Shown: piece after piece, positions 21,813-44,714 of the stretch
How positions within the stretch are numbered: position 1 is the first letter of the stretch
How the letters are laid out: the number at the start of each line of letters is the position of its first letter
Assembly: GCF_009914755.1 (NCBI RefSeq)
Contig: NC_060943.1
Direction: 5' to 3' (one strand)
Length of the DNA stretch: 64,000 bases
From: the human T2T-CHM13v2.0 reference genome, Homo sapiens
Translations under genes and position numbers: made by a program
Notes under the pieces: generated by a model
What the model was told of the DNA's origin: nothing
Database searches by the model: none
What the model saw: the letters and a program-made list of their open reading frames with translations, nothing else

Positions 21813-22918
21813 TGACCTGCCTGCCTCAGCCTCCCAAAGTGCTGGGATTACAGGCGTGAGCCACTGTGCCGGGTCTGTTATGAATTTTTTGAGGCCAAAG
21901 AAGATGTTGGATGTATCTCCTTCTCTCCCACTTTACCTCCCCGGACATAATGGATGCTGGATACATATGTGTTACTTGAAGGAATGTCCTGGGTGTTCTT
22001 GTTCTCAAGGAGACAGGTTGCCTTATTACAAGGCAACCATTCGCAGCACTTATGATAAAACAGGAGCTTTAATTGCTGAGGTTACAGTGCAGCCTCACCC
22101 CCTCCACCCATTCTCTATCTTTACTACCAAGCATAGTTTGCCCTGTGACCTCTCTCTGTGATATATTTTCTACTTATCATTGCTTCCAATAACACTTTTT
22201 CTGAGTACATCTGTCTCTTGGTCCCAGAGACGTGGGTGTCTCCTAAATTGCTCCTCCCAGGAAATAAATTTCTAATAGCTTTCTTGATAGATTCAATCCA
22301 AGGTGACATTTATCTTGTAGAGGCATATGCTGGTGTTAATATCACATGTGTACATTGTTTCCAACTAGCAATGTCCTGTGAACTTTATCTCTGTCACCTG
22401 TGCAATGGATTAACTGACAGAACAGCGAACTGAACCCTTTGGAAAGCAATTTAACCCTATCGTGAGCGCGCTGTGACTCAGCAGTTGGGATCGTGGGCAT
22501 GTGACTTAGAGAGACTCTTGCCTGTGTGCAAACGGGAGACTCACACAATAATGTTCTCAATGGCAAAAATTTGGAAAGTACACAGAGTCCATTGATGGGA
22601 GAATGGAAAAATACGTCCTAGTGCAGTCCCACAGAGAAATATGATACAGCAGAAAATTCCTAAGTGACAACAGCATAAAAGAATCTTAGTTAGTCTCAGC
22701 TACTTGGAAGGCTGAGGCTTGAGGATTATTTGAGCCCAGGGGTTCCAGGAAGACCTGGGCAACATAGGGAGACCCCCCTTCTCTAAAGAAAAGAAAAAGG
22801 CGGGCTGGGCGCGGTGGCTCACGCCTGTAATCCCAAGACTTTGGGAGGCTGAGATGGGCGGATCACCAGGTCAGGAGATTGAGACCATTCTGGCTAACAC
22901 AGTGAAACCCCGTCTCTA

Positions 22919-23164
<246 letters not shown>

Positions 23165-23627
23165 CTAATTCTAGCACTTTGGGAGGGCGAGGCAGGCAGA
23201 TCGCCTGAGGTCAAGAGTTCGTGACAAGCCTGGGCAACATGGTAAAACCCTGTCTCTACTAAAAATACAAAAATTAGCCAGGTGTGGTGATGCACATTTG
23301 CAGTCCCAGCTACTCAGAAGGCTGAGGCAGGAGAATTGCTTAAACTGGGGAGGCGGAGGTTGCAGTGAGCCAAGATAGCACCACTCCAGCCTGGGAGACA
23401 CAGTGAGACTCAATTTAAAAAAAAAAGAAAAAGAAAGGTTATAAAAGACTCTAATGCCATTTTTATTTTTTAATTAATTTTTTTTAAAGAGACAGAGTCT
23501 TGCTGTGTTGGCCAGTATAAGCTTGACCTCCAAGCCTCAAGCCATCCTCCCACCGGGACCTTCCAGAATGCTGGGATTACAGGCATGAGCCACCCCACCT
23601 GGCCTTATGACAACCTTTTTTTTTTAA

Positions 23628-23918
<291 letters not shown>

Positions 23919-24177
23919 TGAGCCACCACGCCTGGCCTTATGACACCATTTTTATAAAATGAAAATGGCTCAGTGTTATTAGCCATTAGAGAAATGCAAA
24001 TTAAAACCATGATGAGATACTTCCATACGCCTATTAGAATGGCTAAAATAAAAATACTGACCAGGCATAGTAGCTCTTGCCTATAATCCCAACACTATGG
24101 TAGGCTGAGGCGGGAAGATGGCTTGAGGTCAGGAGTTCCAGACCAGCCTGGGCAACATAGTGAGATCCTTCTTTCTA

Positions 24178-24829
<652 letters not shown>

Positions 24830-24863
24830 TCACAAGGTCAGGAAATCGAGCCCATCCTGGCTA

Positions 24864-25127
<264 letters not shown>

Positions 25128-26139
25128 TCAGCTACTCAGGAGGCTGAGGCAGGAGGATCACTTAAGCCTGTGAGGTCAAGGCTGCAGAGAGCTATAATGA
25201 CACCACTGTACTCCAGCCTGAGCAGGAGAGCAAAACCCTATCTCAAAGAGAAAAAACAAAAACAAAAAAAAACCAGCAACGAAAAGATTAAGATGGTAAA
25301 TTTTTTGATATACATGTATTTACCACAATTTTAAAAAGATTAGGGCTGGGCGCGGTGGCTCACGCCTGTAATTCTACCACTTTGGGAGGCCGAGGTGGGG
25401 GAATCACGAGGTCGGGAGTTCAAGACCAGCCTGGCCAATACGGTGAATCCCCATCTCTACTAAAAATACAAAAACTAGCTAGGCATGGTGGCTCATGCCT
25501 GTAGTTCCAGACACTCGAGAGGCAGAGGCAGGAGAATCGCTTGAACTCAGGAGGCGGAGGTTGCAGTCAGCCAAGATTGCGCCACTGCGCTCCAGCCTGG
25601 GCAATAGAGATTCCGTCTCAAAAAAAAAAAAAGAAAAAAGAAAAGAAAGATTATACATAAATTATAGAAAAGGAAAAGTGCACCTTATAACGTTTAGGGA
25701 TATGAACACATGATTAATTGAATTTCGTGAAGTCTGTGAGTTCCTGGAATGCCGGGAACTCATCCATCTTGGCATCCCTGGCTGCCAGCACCAAGCCTGA
25801 CACACGGGAGGTGTTTGGTGAGCACAGATGTGAGCAATGAATGTGGCTGCCTTGGGGACCTCGTGGCATGGTGGCAGTGTGCAACCTGCAGGGGTTTGGG
25901 GCAAACATACCTGGCTCAAAGCCTGGTGCCTTGGATCACTGGATGTTCTCATCCTATTCCAGTGAGTTCCCGATGAAACCTCTCTTGCTCTCAGCCTGTG
26001 GTGGAGCTCCCAGGGTAGTTCTAATCTGAAACTTTGGAAGAAACCAATCTGAGCTTTCTTCCAGAGCTGCAGCTGATTAACTTAACAACCTGGGGTGCAG
26101 TGTTCAAGGAGGAAAACAGGATGCTCTGAGAGAAGCTTA

Positions 26140-26925
<786 letters not shown>

Positions 26926-27245
26926 CTTTTTTTTTTTTTTTTTAATTTGAGATGGAGTCTCACTCTGTCTCTCAGGCTGGAGCGCAGTGGTGCCATCTCG
27001 GCTCACTGCAACTTCTGCCTCCCAGGTTCGAGTGATTCTCCCTGCCTCAGCCTCCCAAGTAGCTGGGATTACAGGCACCTGCCATCACAACCGGTTAATT
27101 TTTGTATTTTTTTTTTAGTAGAGACGGGGTTTCACCATGTTGGCCAGGCTTGTCTCGAACTCCTGACCTCAGGTGATCTGCCCGCCTTGGCCTCCCAAAG
27201 TGCTGGGATGACAGGCATGAGCCACCACACCCAGCTGGTTTCTAG

Positions 27246-27473
<228 letters not shown>

Positions 27474-27741
27474 TGATCTCTTGACCTTGTGATGCACCTG
27501 CCTCGGCCTCCTAAAGTGCTGGGATTACAGGAGTGAGCCACTGTGCCCAGCCTAGAGTTGTTTTATGACTTTGTGCCACGTCCTGGCCGATGGATGCTCA
27601 TGATGACATTTATTTTATCGCTCTGCAATCAAAGATTTGTGCAGATGAATGGGAACTGCGAGAGAACATGGGAAAATGAAAGGGGTTTAATTGCGGGAGG
27701 GAAGGAAAACACATAAAATGTATTTTTTCGCTTTCCCATGA

Positions 27742-28096
<355 letters not shown>

Positions 28097-28378
28097 TAAA
28101 GTTAAAATGAGGTTTTCACAACATGTCGAAATCACTCTGAGCAAAGTTCCAAACCCAAGGTTCTAGAAAGTGCAATGACTTTTTTTTTTTTAAACAGGGG
28201 CAATTAAAAATTTCCCAGGCTTAGCAAGATCAAATGGGTGTGTGCAGCGCTCTCTCTGACATGCAATTTATGGAATTATTGATTTGTCAATGTGATCTCT
28301 GCACTTCCTGTGAGGAATTTGAGGTCCTGTTTGGAGAATTTGGTAAATAGGGAATCTCGCAGAAACATGGGGTCTTGA

Positions 28379-28640
<262 letters not shown>

Positions 28641-29396
28641 TAACCAGGATGGTCTCGATCTCCTGACCTCGTGATCTGCCCACCTCGGCCTCCCAAGTGC
28701 TGGGATTACAGGCATGAGCCACCGCGCCCGGCCTTCACTTTTCTTTTTTTAGAAAGACAGGGTGTCTGTCACTCAAATTGGAGTGCAGTGGCATGATCAT
28801 AGCTCACCACGGCCTCTAATTCCTGGGCTTAAGTGATCCTCTCACCTTAGCCTCCCAAGTAGCTGAGACCACAGGCATGTGCCACCATGCCCTGCTAATT
28901 TTTAAACTTTTTGTAGAGACAGGTTTCACTTTGTTTCCCAGGCTGATCTCAAACTCCTGGGCTCAAGCTATCTTGTCACCTTGGCCTCCTAAAGTGCTGA
29001 GGTTATAGGCGTGACCTATTATGCTGGCAATAAAATAATTTAAAACAAATTTTTTAGAGACAGGATCTCACCTGGCACCCAGGCTGGAGTGCGGTGGTGC
29101 AGTCATAGCTCACCGCAGCTTCCAACTCCTTGGCTCTGGTGATCCTCCCACCTCAAGCCCCTGAGTAGCCTGGACTACGGGCACTTCCCACCATGCCTGG
29201 CTAATTTTTAAATTTTTTGTAGAGACAGGGACTCCCTGTGTTGCCTAGGCTGATCTTGAACTCCTGTGCTCAAGCAATCCTCTCACCTCAGCCCCTCAAA
29301 GTGCTGGGATTACAGGCGGGAGCCACCATGCCCCGGCCATAAAATCAGTTTTTAACTCAGGCTGTACAACAATAGGCAGTGAGCTGTGGGCTCTAA

Positions 29397-29726
<330 letters not shown>

Positions 29727-30538
29727 TAGCCAGGATGGTTTCAATCTCCTGACCTTGTGATCCGCCCCCCCTCGGCCTCCCAAAGTGCTGGAATTACAGT
29801 CGTGAGCCACCGCACCCGGCCAGCCATGTTCTTTATTATCAAACTACTGTGAGTCACTTTTCTTAAGGTTCATTGATTTGACACATTTTTATTGAAACCC
29901 TACTAAGTGCCAGGCATTGGATGAGACAAAACCCCTGCCCTCACAGAGTTTACAGTCTGGGGGAGAAATAGGCCACAGATAAGATGCCAGGAAGAGCCAC
30001 AGAGATGAAAAAAGTGGGGAAGGAGCTTAGGTGCAGTGGTTCATGCCTGTAATCCCAGCACTTTGGGAGGCTGAGGTGGGAGGATCACTTGAGTCCAGGA
30101 GTTCCAGGCTAGCCAAGGCAACATAGTGAAACCTTGTCTAAAAATTAAAAATAAAGGCCGGGCATGATGGCTCACGCCTGTAATCCCAGCACTTTGGGAG
30201 GCCAAGACAGGCGGATCACCTGAGTCAGAAGTTCGAGATCAGCCTGCCCAACATGGTGAAACCCAGTCTCTACTAAAAGTTACAAAAATTAGCCGGGCGT
30301 GGTGGCAGGTGCGTGTAATCTCAGCTACTCGGGAGGCTGAGGCAGGAAAATTGCTTGAACCCAGGAGGCGGAGGTTGCAGTGAGCCAAGATCGCACCACT
30401 GGACTCCTGCCTGGGCGACAAGAGCGAAACTCTGTCTCAAGAAAAAAGAAAAAAGAAAAGGGAAGGAAGGGGATAGAACTGTGGAAGCAGAGAGTTGAGG
30501 AAAGGTTGGAGTTTTAGTTTTTGTTTTGTTTTTTTTGA

Positions 30539-30775
<237 letters not shown>

Positions 30776-30829
30776 TAAAGTGCTGGGATGGGAGGCGTGA
30801 GCCACTGTGCCTGGCCAAGGTTGCAGTTT

Positions 30830-31445
30830 TAAGAAGTCTGTTGGGGTGAGTCTCATTGAAAAGGTGACATTTGGGCAGAGGCGGGAGTGTACCCCACAGA
30901 TATCAGGGAAAGGTTTTGAAGCAGAGGGCACAGCCCATGCAAAGGCCCTGAGGCAGGAGCACGCTTGGTGTTGGAGGAGCAGTAAGGAGGCCTGTGTAGC
31001 TATAGCAGAGTGAGCAAGGGGGAGAGAAGGAGGAGGGGAAGATGGGGAGGGGGTAGGGGTAGAGGACAGGGCAGATCATGCAGCACATTGTGGACCATAG
31101 GGAGGACTTGGGCATTGACCTCCAAGGAGGTGGGAGCCATAGAAGATTTCCGGCAGAGGAGGGACAGGCTCTGACTCCGGTGCTCACGGGCGCCCTCTGG
31201 TGTCTGCTGCAGGGAAGACAAGTTTGCAGGACGAGAATGGGAGCTGAGAAACCAGGGTGGAGGAGAGTGGGCTGGTCCAGGCCGGCTAAGGAGAGGCTGC
31301 GCCAGGTAGAAGGATGCATTTTGAACATGGAGCAGACAAGACTTTCCTGGTGTAGAGTTTTGCAGGTATGAGAGAAAAACTCAGGGATAAGAAATTTGGA
31401 CCTGACCCCTCTGGAAGGATGGTGCTTCTGTTTGTAAAATGGGAA
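30830..31445 (-). mobile_element. L2 LINE fragment
   Basis: GCAAAGGCCCTGAGGCAGGAG...AAGGAGGCC is antisense L2. A plus-strand counterpart lies at ~42960-43250. Confidence 0.7.
31187..31205 (-). promoter_or_regulatory. CTCF motif
   Basis: The minus strand reads AGACACCAGAGGGCGCCCG, a close match to CCACCAGRGGGCGC. Confidence 0.55.
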
Positions 31446-32024
31446 CGACAGACCAGGCGCGATGGCTCACACCTGTAATCCCAGCACTTCGGGAGGCCGA
31501 GGTGGGCAGATCACCAGAGGTCAAGAGTTCGAGACCAGCCTAGCCAACATGGTGAAACCCCTTCTCTACTAAAAATAGAAAAAAAATAGGTGGGCGTGGT
31601 GGCGGACGCCTGTCATCCCAGCTACTCGGGAGGCAGAGGTGGGAGAATTGCTCGAACCTGGGAGGCGGAGTTGAGATGGCACCACTGAACTCCAGCCTGG
31701 GCAACAGATCGAGACTCCATCTCAAAAGAAAAAAAAAAAAAAGAAACTTTCCCCATGGCAGAAGAAAGACTGGGAGGTTAGGTAGTTCCGGCTGCAGTAG
31801 AGAATGTGAGTTTCTCATAAGATCCTCTAGAGGGAGCCGGGAGCTAGGACGCAGGTCCAGCCTCTTATCCGGAGTCCTCCTCGTATCCCCCATCCCCCAG
31901 CAGGATGGGCCTGGGTGGGAAAAGTGGTGGGGTCAGCAGGGGTGGTCTTTGTCTTTGCAACAGGGAAGGCCCTGTCTACCCTTCCAGAGTTGGGGGCTTG
32001 GAGGAGAGGGGATGCCAAATTCGC

Positions 32025-32615
<591 letters not shown>

Positions 32616-32845
32616 TTTTTTTTTCTTTTTTTTTTTTTTTTTTTTGGAGACGGAGTCTCCCTCTGTTGCCCAGGCTGTAGTGCAATGGTGCAATCTCGGC
32701 TCACTGCAACCTCCACCTCCCGAGTTCAAGCGGTTCTCCTGCCTCAGCAAGACTCCATCTCAAAATTAAAAAATAAATAAACATATAAATAAAAGTTGCC
32801 TAATCTAGAACCTCCTACAGGCAACAGTAGCTGCCTGGAATTTAA

Positions 32846-33130
<285 letters not shown>

Positions 33131-33450
33131 TAGTAAAGACAGGGTTTCACTGTGTTAGCCAGGATGGTCTTGATCTCCTGACTTCGTGATCCACCCACCT
33201 CCGCCTCCCAAAGTGCTGGCATTACAGGCATGAGCCACCACGCCCGGCCAACCTTCATTTTTTTTCAATAAATTTATTTTAAAAAGAAAACTTTGTAACA
33301 GGATAATAAATTGAAACCAATAATGGATACCCAAAATAGAAGGGAACTGTAAAAATACATGCAATGGCCGGGCTGGCGCAGTGGCTCACGTCTGTAATCC
33401 CAGCACTTTGGGAGGCTGAGGCAGGTGGATCAACACAGGTCAGGAGTTCA

Positions 33451-33649
<199 letters not shown>

Positions 33650-33720
33650 TCAAAACAAAACAAAACAAAACAAAACAATAACAATAACAAATAAATAAAT
33701 GCAATGTTTACTGTTCTTAA

Positions 33721-33954
<234 letters not shown>

Positions 33955-34727
33955 TGAACTCCTAACCTCAGGAATATCCTCCTGCCTTGGCCTCCCAAAG
34001 TGCTGGGATTACAGGTGTGAGCCACCACGCCCAGCCTGCCAGGGATTAAACATTAACGTCAATATTTGAGCTGGCAGGGGCTTTATATTACCTTCACATC
34101 TATCCCCACATTTCATAGACCAAGAAACAGTCTGGGAGAGAAGCAACTCTCTGGCATCACAAGTTTGCTGCTGAGCTAGGGATAGGACTCTCTTTCTCTC
34201 TCTTTTGAGACAGGGTCTTGCTCTGTCACCCAGGCTGGACTGCAGTGGTGCCATTATATACCACTGCAGCCTCAACCTCCTGGGCTCAAGCAATCCTCCT
34301 GCCTTGGCCCCCTGAGTAGCTGGGACCACAGGCATGCACCATCACACCTGGCTAATTTTTGTATTTTTTGTAAAGATGGGATCTTGCTGTGTTGCCCAGG
34401 CTGGTCTTGAATTCCTTGGCTCAAGTGATCTGCCCGCCTCAGCCCCCCAAAGTGCTGGCATTATAGGCATGAGCCACCATGCCTGCACCCCACCCCAGAT
34501 TTTTTAATTAGCTGAGCTAGGTGGCATATGCCTGTGGTCCCAGCTACTCAGGAGGCTGAGGTGGGAGGATCACTTGAGCCTGGAGTTTGAGGCTGCAGGG
34601 AGGCCTGGGTGACAGAGGGAGACCCTGGCTGAATAAATAAATAAATAGCCTTGCGCGGTGGCTCACGTCTGTAATCCCAGCACTTTGGGAGGCCGAGGTG
34701 GGTGGGTCACCTGAGGTCAGGTGTTCA

Positions 34728-35554
<827 letters not shown>

Positions 35555-36417
35555 TCAGGAGATGAGACGGGTTAGGTGCTGACTCTCAGTACCGTCCTGC
35601 AGACAACCTGTTCCCCTGAAACTGGTGGACAGACTTTCTTTTTTTCTTTCTTTCTTTTTTTTTCTTTTTCTTTTTGAGACAGAGTCTCACTCTGTTGCCC
35701 AGGCTGGAGTGCAATGGCGTGATCTCAGCTCACTGCAACCCCTGCCTCCTGGTTCAAGTGATTCTCTTGCCTCAGCCTCCCAAGTAGCTGGGATTACAGG
35801 TGTGCGCCACCATGCCCAGCTAATTTTTTGTATTTTTAGTAGAGATGGGGTTTCACTATGTTGGCCAGTCTGGTCTCGGACTCCTGACCTCAGGTGATCT
35901 GCCTGCCTCGGCCTCCCAAAGTGCTGGGATTACAGGTGTGAGCCACCGCGTCCAGCCTATTTACTTCTTATACAGGAATGGTTTCATTCAGCATCTTCCT
36001 CTCGTGGGTGGGGAGTGGGGAATGTCTCCTCAGTCTTGCTCCCTGTTGGATCCCAGCACCCGGCACACAGCAGGTGCTCAATAAATAACAGTTACAGGAA
36101 TGAATGAATGAATGAATGAATTCTCAAGCACAGTGTCCTCCATTCTTTAAGAAGGGCAGAGCAAGTCCCCCAAACTCACAGGATTTGGAGGCCCTGGCTC
36201 CAGTGTTCTGTCTTCACCCACCCCTCTGAGAGCAGAGGCTGGAACTCCTGGGATCCACCCAGGACATCAGAGGAGAGTTGGATGCCTGGAGGGTCAGGTC
36301 CTAATCAATGTCATCGCCCATGAGGCCGGCCAGAGTCCCCCTGTGGCCTCCCAGCCTCTGGCTGGCCCCTGGCACACCCACATCACAAGGGTTTTACTCA
36401 CTGCCTGGCTGTATTAC

Positions 36418-37066
36418 AAGGGAGGGAAGGGGAGGAGGGGGAGGAGAAGGAGGAGGAGGAGGAGGGAGGGAAGGGGAGACGGGAGAGGAGAGGAAGGGGA
36501 GGAGGGCAAGAGGGAGGAGGAGGAAGGGAGGAGGGAGGGGGGAAGGGGAGGAGTGGGAGGAGGAGGGAGAAGAGAGGAGGAGGGGGAGGAGGGAAAGGAG
36601 GAGGGAGAGGAATGGGGAAAGAAGGGGAGGAGGGGAGGATGACGGGGGAGTGGAAGGAGAAGGAAGGAAGCACGGAGGAGTGGGAGGAAGAGGAGAAGGA
36701 GAAGGAAGGGAGGAGGGAGAGGAGAAGGGGGAGAAGGGAGAGGTGGGGAGGAGGGGAAGAGGGGGAGAAGGGGGAGGTGGGGAAGAAGGAGGAGGGTGAG
36801 AGAGAGGAGGAGGGAGAAGAGGAGGCTGAGGAGGAGGGAGAGGAGGGAGAGAAAAAGAAGGAGGGAGAGGAGTGGGGAAGGAGGGGAGGATGAGAGAGAG
36901 GATGGGGAGGGGAAGGAGAAGAGGGAAGGGAGCAGGGAGGAAGGGGAGGAAAGAGAGGGGGAAGAGGAGAGGGAGGAGGAGGGAAAAGGCCAAGGAGGAG
37001 GGAGCAGGGAGGAGGAGGAAGGCAAGAGGAACAGAATGGAGAGGGAGGAGGGAGAGGAGGAGTGGG
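36418..37066. repeat. ~650-bp polypurine (GA-rich) low-complexity tract
   Basis: The plus strand is almost exclusively G/A (GGA/GGGA/GAA iterations). Confidence 0.95.
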
Positions 37067-37170
37067 AGCTGCTGCCCTCCTGGACCCACTCACTTTTTCC
37101 ACCGGGAACTGGCCCACAAGGGTGGTGCTCAAGGACCCCAGGGCAAGTCCCCCCGACCCCGCATCTGTAG

Positions 37171-37674
<504 letters not shown>

Positions 37675-37746
37675 TAGCGCTTTCCGTGGGAATGCTCCCA
37701 CATGTGGTTCGTCCTTTATCCCTGGCTTTACACATGAGGAAACTGA

Positions 37747-37950
<204 letters not shown>

Positions 37951-38482
37951 TGAGTTGCTGGGATTACAGGCACCTGCCACCATGCCTGGCTAATTTTTGT
38001 ATTTTTAGTAGAGACGGGGTTTCACCATGTTGGCCAGGCTGGTCTCGAACTCCTGACCTCAGAGCATCCGTCTGTCTCGGCCTCCCAAAGTGCTGGGATT
38101 ACAGGCATGAGCTCCTGTGCCCAGCTAATTTTTGTATTTTTAGTAGAGATGGGTTTTCACCATGTTGGTCAGGCTGGTCTCAGACTCCTCACCTCAAGTG
38201 GATCGCCTCAGCCTCCCAAAGTGCTGGGATTACAAGCGTGAGCCACCGTGCCCGGCCCACGTAGACTTTTATTTAGTCACTTATTTATTGTTTATCTCCA
38301 CGTTCCTGAGGTATCCTCTTAAGTTTTCCAGCAGCTATATTTTAAAAGTTCAAGGCAAAATTAAATTTCACTTAAAAAATATATTTGTGGCCGGGCGCGG
38401 TGGCTCACACCTGTAATGCCAGCACTTTGGGCGGCCGAGGTGGGAGGATCATGAGGTCAGGAGATTCAGACCATCCTGGCTA

Positions 38483-38795
<313 letters not shown>

Positions 38796-39085
38796 TTATG
38801 AGAATTGACAACAGTGTGCAAACACATTGGGCAATGCAGGGCTTTATACAGGGACGTGTTCCATTGTCAAGCTTTTATTGACTTTACCACTTGGCTCAAA
38901 ACATGGGAAGGGCCAGGTGTGGTGGCTCATGCCTGTAATCCCATCACTTTGGGAGACCAAGGCAGGCAGATCACCTCAGGTTGGGAGTTCAAGACCAACC
39001 TGATCAACATGGTGAAACCCCGTCTCTACTAAAAACACAAAATTAGCTGGGCGTGGTGGCGGGCGCCTGTAATCCCAGCTACTCA

Positions 39086-39533
<448 letters not shown>

Positions 39534-39898
39534 TTAGCAATAAAGTGACAGAGAGTCTACAGAGGGAACATGTACTTAAACACATTGCTGAAAATGACTG
39601 CAGGAATTTTACTTTAGATTCCAAGTTATTGTCCCTTTGAGATACGTAGTCGTGTTCAGTGGATAAACTGCTATGAGGTCAATGGCAGTGAAAAGTCCTT
39701 CTGTCCCCACAAGAGCTTCTTCTTCTTCTTCTTCTTCTTCTTCTTTTTTTTGACAGAAGCTTTCTCTGTGGCCCAGGCTGGAATTTAGTGGCGTGATCTC
39801 GGCTCACTGCAACCTCTGCCTCCCAAGTTCGAGTGATTCTCCAGCCTCAGCCTCCTGAGTAGCTGGCATTACAGGCGAGTGCCACCACGCCCAGCTAA

Positions 39899-40081
<183 letters not shown>

Positions 40082-40135
40082 TGAGGTGTACAAAAGGCTT
40101 CTAAAGTTCATAATAATAAGTATTGTTATTTTTGA

Positions 40136-40799
<664 letters not shown>

Positions 40800-41259
40800 T
40801 AAACTTTTTTGTAGTTATGAGGTCTTGCTCTATTGCCCAGGCTGATCGGGAACTCCAGGGCTTGAGCAATCTTCCCGCCTCAGCCTCCCAAAGGGCTTGG
40901 ATTACCGGCATGAGCCACGGTGCCCGGCTCCAGCAGGTTTTGATAAGAGAAGGGGGAGTGATCTCTCTCGAGGGCACTAGAACTCCCAAGAGTGATAAAC
41001 GGGGTGAGGAGAGGCAGAGAGGAGTCCAGAAGTCAAACATCACCTACTTGATCCACCCACTGTGATGGCCCTGGAAAAAAGCCTCCACGGCAAATGCTGA
41101 ATAAATATTATGACTGGGATCACTAAAGCCAAGCCAAGGCAAACAACCCCTCTAAAATCCAACACAGAGCAGATAAAAGGAGATCAGAAAAATGTAGAGG
41201 TCAAGGGCGAGATAATTCTAGTAGCACCCAGACAGGGACAGGTACCGTTATCGGGGTCT

Positions 41260-41465
41260 CTTCTTGGGCCCCGTGGAGCTTGGGGACCCGGATCCTTCTA
41301 TGGGGTGGGGCCATCCTGGGCACTGGAGGTTGCTGAGCAGTGTCCCTGGCCTCCACCCACCCCGCGCCAGGGCCACCCCCCTTTGTTGTAACAACCACAG
41401 ATGTCCTCAGACATCACCCAGTGTCCTCGGGGGAGTGTAAAATCACCCTGGGTGAGCTCCCCTGG
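41260..41465 (-). mobile_element. MER20 (hAT-Charlie) copy 1
   Basis: GTCCCTGGCCTCCACCCAC...TTGTAACAACCACAGATGTCCTCAGACAT...AAAATCACCC matches reverse MER20. Confidence 0.7.
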
Positions 41466-41711
41466 GTTAGGGGATTCCATGGACCCCCAAGAGACTGTAT
41501 CCCGTGATGCTCTGCCCTGCTGAGGTCCCAGGAGGCTGCACACATTGAAATCCATGCCCTGAATGGGGAAGGAGGGAGGAGGTGAATCCCAGGATCTGGG
41601 GTTCCCCTGGTTTATACCGTCTGCCCTGTTGGGAGTTTATTCTGGTGTCTGGTGTGAGCAGGGAACCCACTCAATTTTTTCCCAAATAATTAATGCAGTC
41701 TTTCTCCCCCA

Positions 41712-41870
41712 GATCCCGTGGCTGTGGGGCAGGATTGCTTTCTGGGGTGGGGCCGTCCTGGGCACTGTAGGGTGCTGAACGGCATCTCTGGCCTTCACCC
41801 ATTCTATGCCAGGAGCATCTCGCACTCGTGACAACCACAGATGTCCCAGACATTGCACAGTGAGTGTCCT
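41712..41870 (-). mobile_element. MER20 copy 2 (truncated)
   Basis: GGGGTGGGGCCGTCCTGGGCACTGTAGG...GTGACAACCACAGATGTCCCAGACATTGC. Confidence 0.65.
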
Positions 41871-41923
41871 GAGTTTCCGTCCGGAAGGTTGAGGCTGCAG
41901 TGAGTTTTTTTTTTTTTTTTTGA

Positions 41924-42559
<636 letters not shown>

Positions 42560-42562
42560 TCA

Positions 42563-42838
<276 letters not shown>

Positions 42839-43267
42839 TTAGAGCAAGGAGGGCACATAAATTACCCCTCTCAACCTAGCACATGGCACAGTGTCCAGCA
42901 AACAGAAAGCTTGATTTAGTCTCCTATTTGCTAAACTTCCAACAGTGCCCTGCTGTTTAGCACAAACCAAACTCCTTGCCACAACACACAGGGCTTTGCA
43001 CGACCTGCCCCGTCCCCTCCCTGCCTTCCCCTCCTCCCTGCCTTCCCCTCCTCCCTGTCTTCCTCTCCTGCCTGTCTTCCTCTCCTCACTCTGCTCCAGC
43101 CACAGGGGTCTCATTGCTGTTCCTCCAATGCGCTAGGCACGGACCTGCCTCAGGGCCTTTGCACAAACTGTGCCTCTGCCTGGGACACCTTTCCCCAGAC
43201 CTTCCCAGGGCCAGTTCCATCTCATCCTTCAGGACTGCACTGAACATGTCATTTTTTTTTTTTTTGA

Positions 43268-43990
<723 letters not shown>

Positions 43991-44408
43991 TCAATACAGT
44001 GACCTAGAGCCAGAGGGGAAGAGGGAGGGTACAAGAGGAGAGTTCCAGGCAGAGGGGCGAGCAGGTGAGTAGGTGCAAAGGCCCTAAGCAGGAACCAGTT
44101 TGGCTCCATAAATATTTGTTGACTCAATGAACGATAGAAGATTCTAGAGAGAATTGATTGCACAGAATCACCCATGGGGACTCAGAGGCGGAGTCCAAGC
44201 TGGTTTCGGAGGGGGCTGGGGGCCGGAGGTTGGCAGGTGGGGTGAAGGATGGGAGCCGCTAGCTGCTGGCAGGAAAACTGGCTTCAGTGAAGATCTGGTC
44301 TGGTCCTCTTGGTTTGTTTCTGTCCAGGGAGTGGACAGGACCCATGTAAGGGCCCTGGGCTATCCCAGAACCCATCTGGGAATTCTGAAGAGAAAAAGTC
44401 CTGTAACT

Positions 44409-44710
<302 letters not shown>

Positions 44711-44714
44711 AAAA

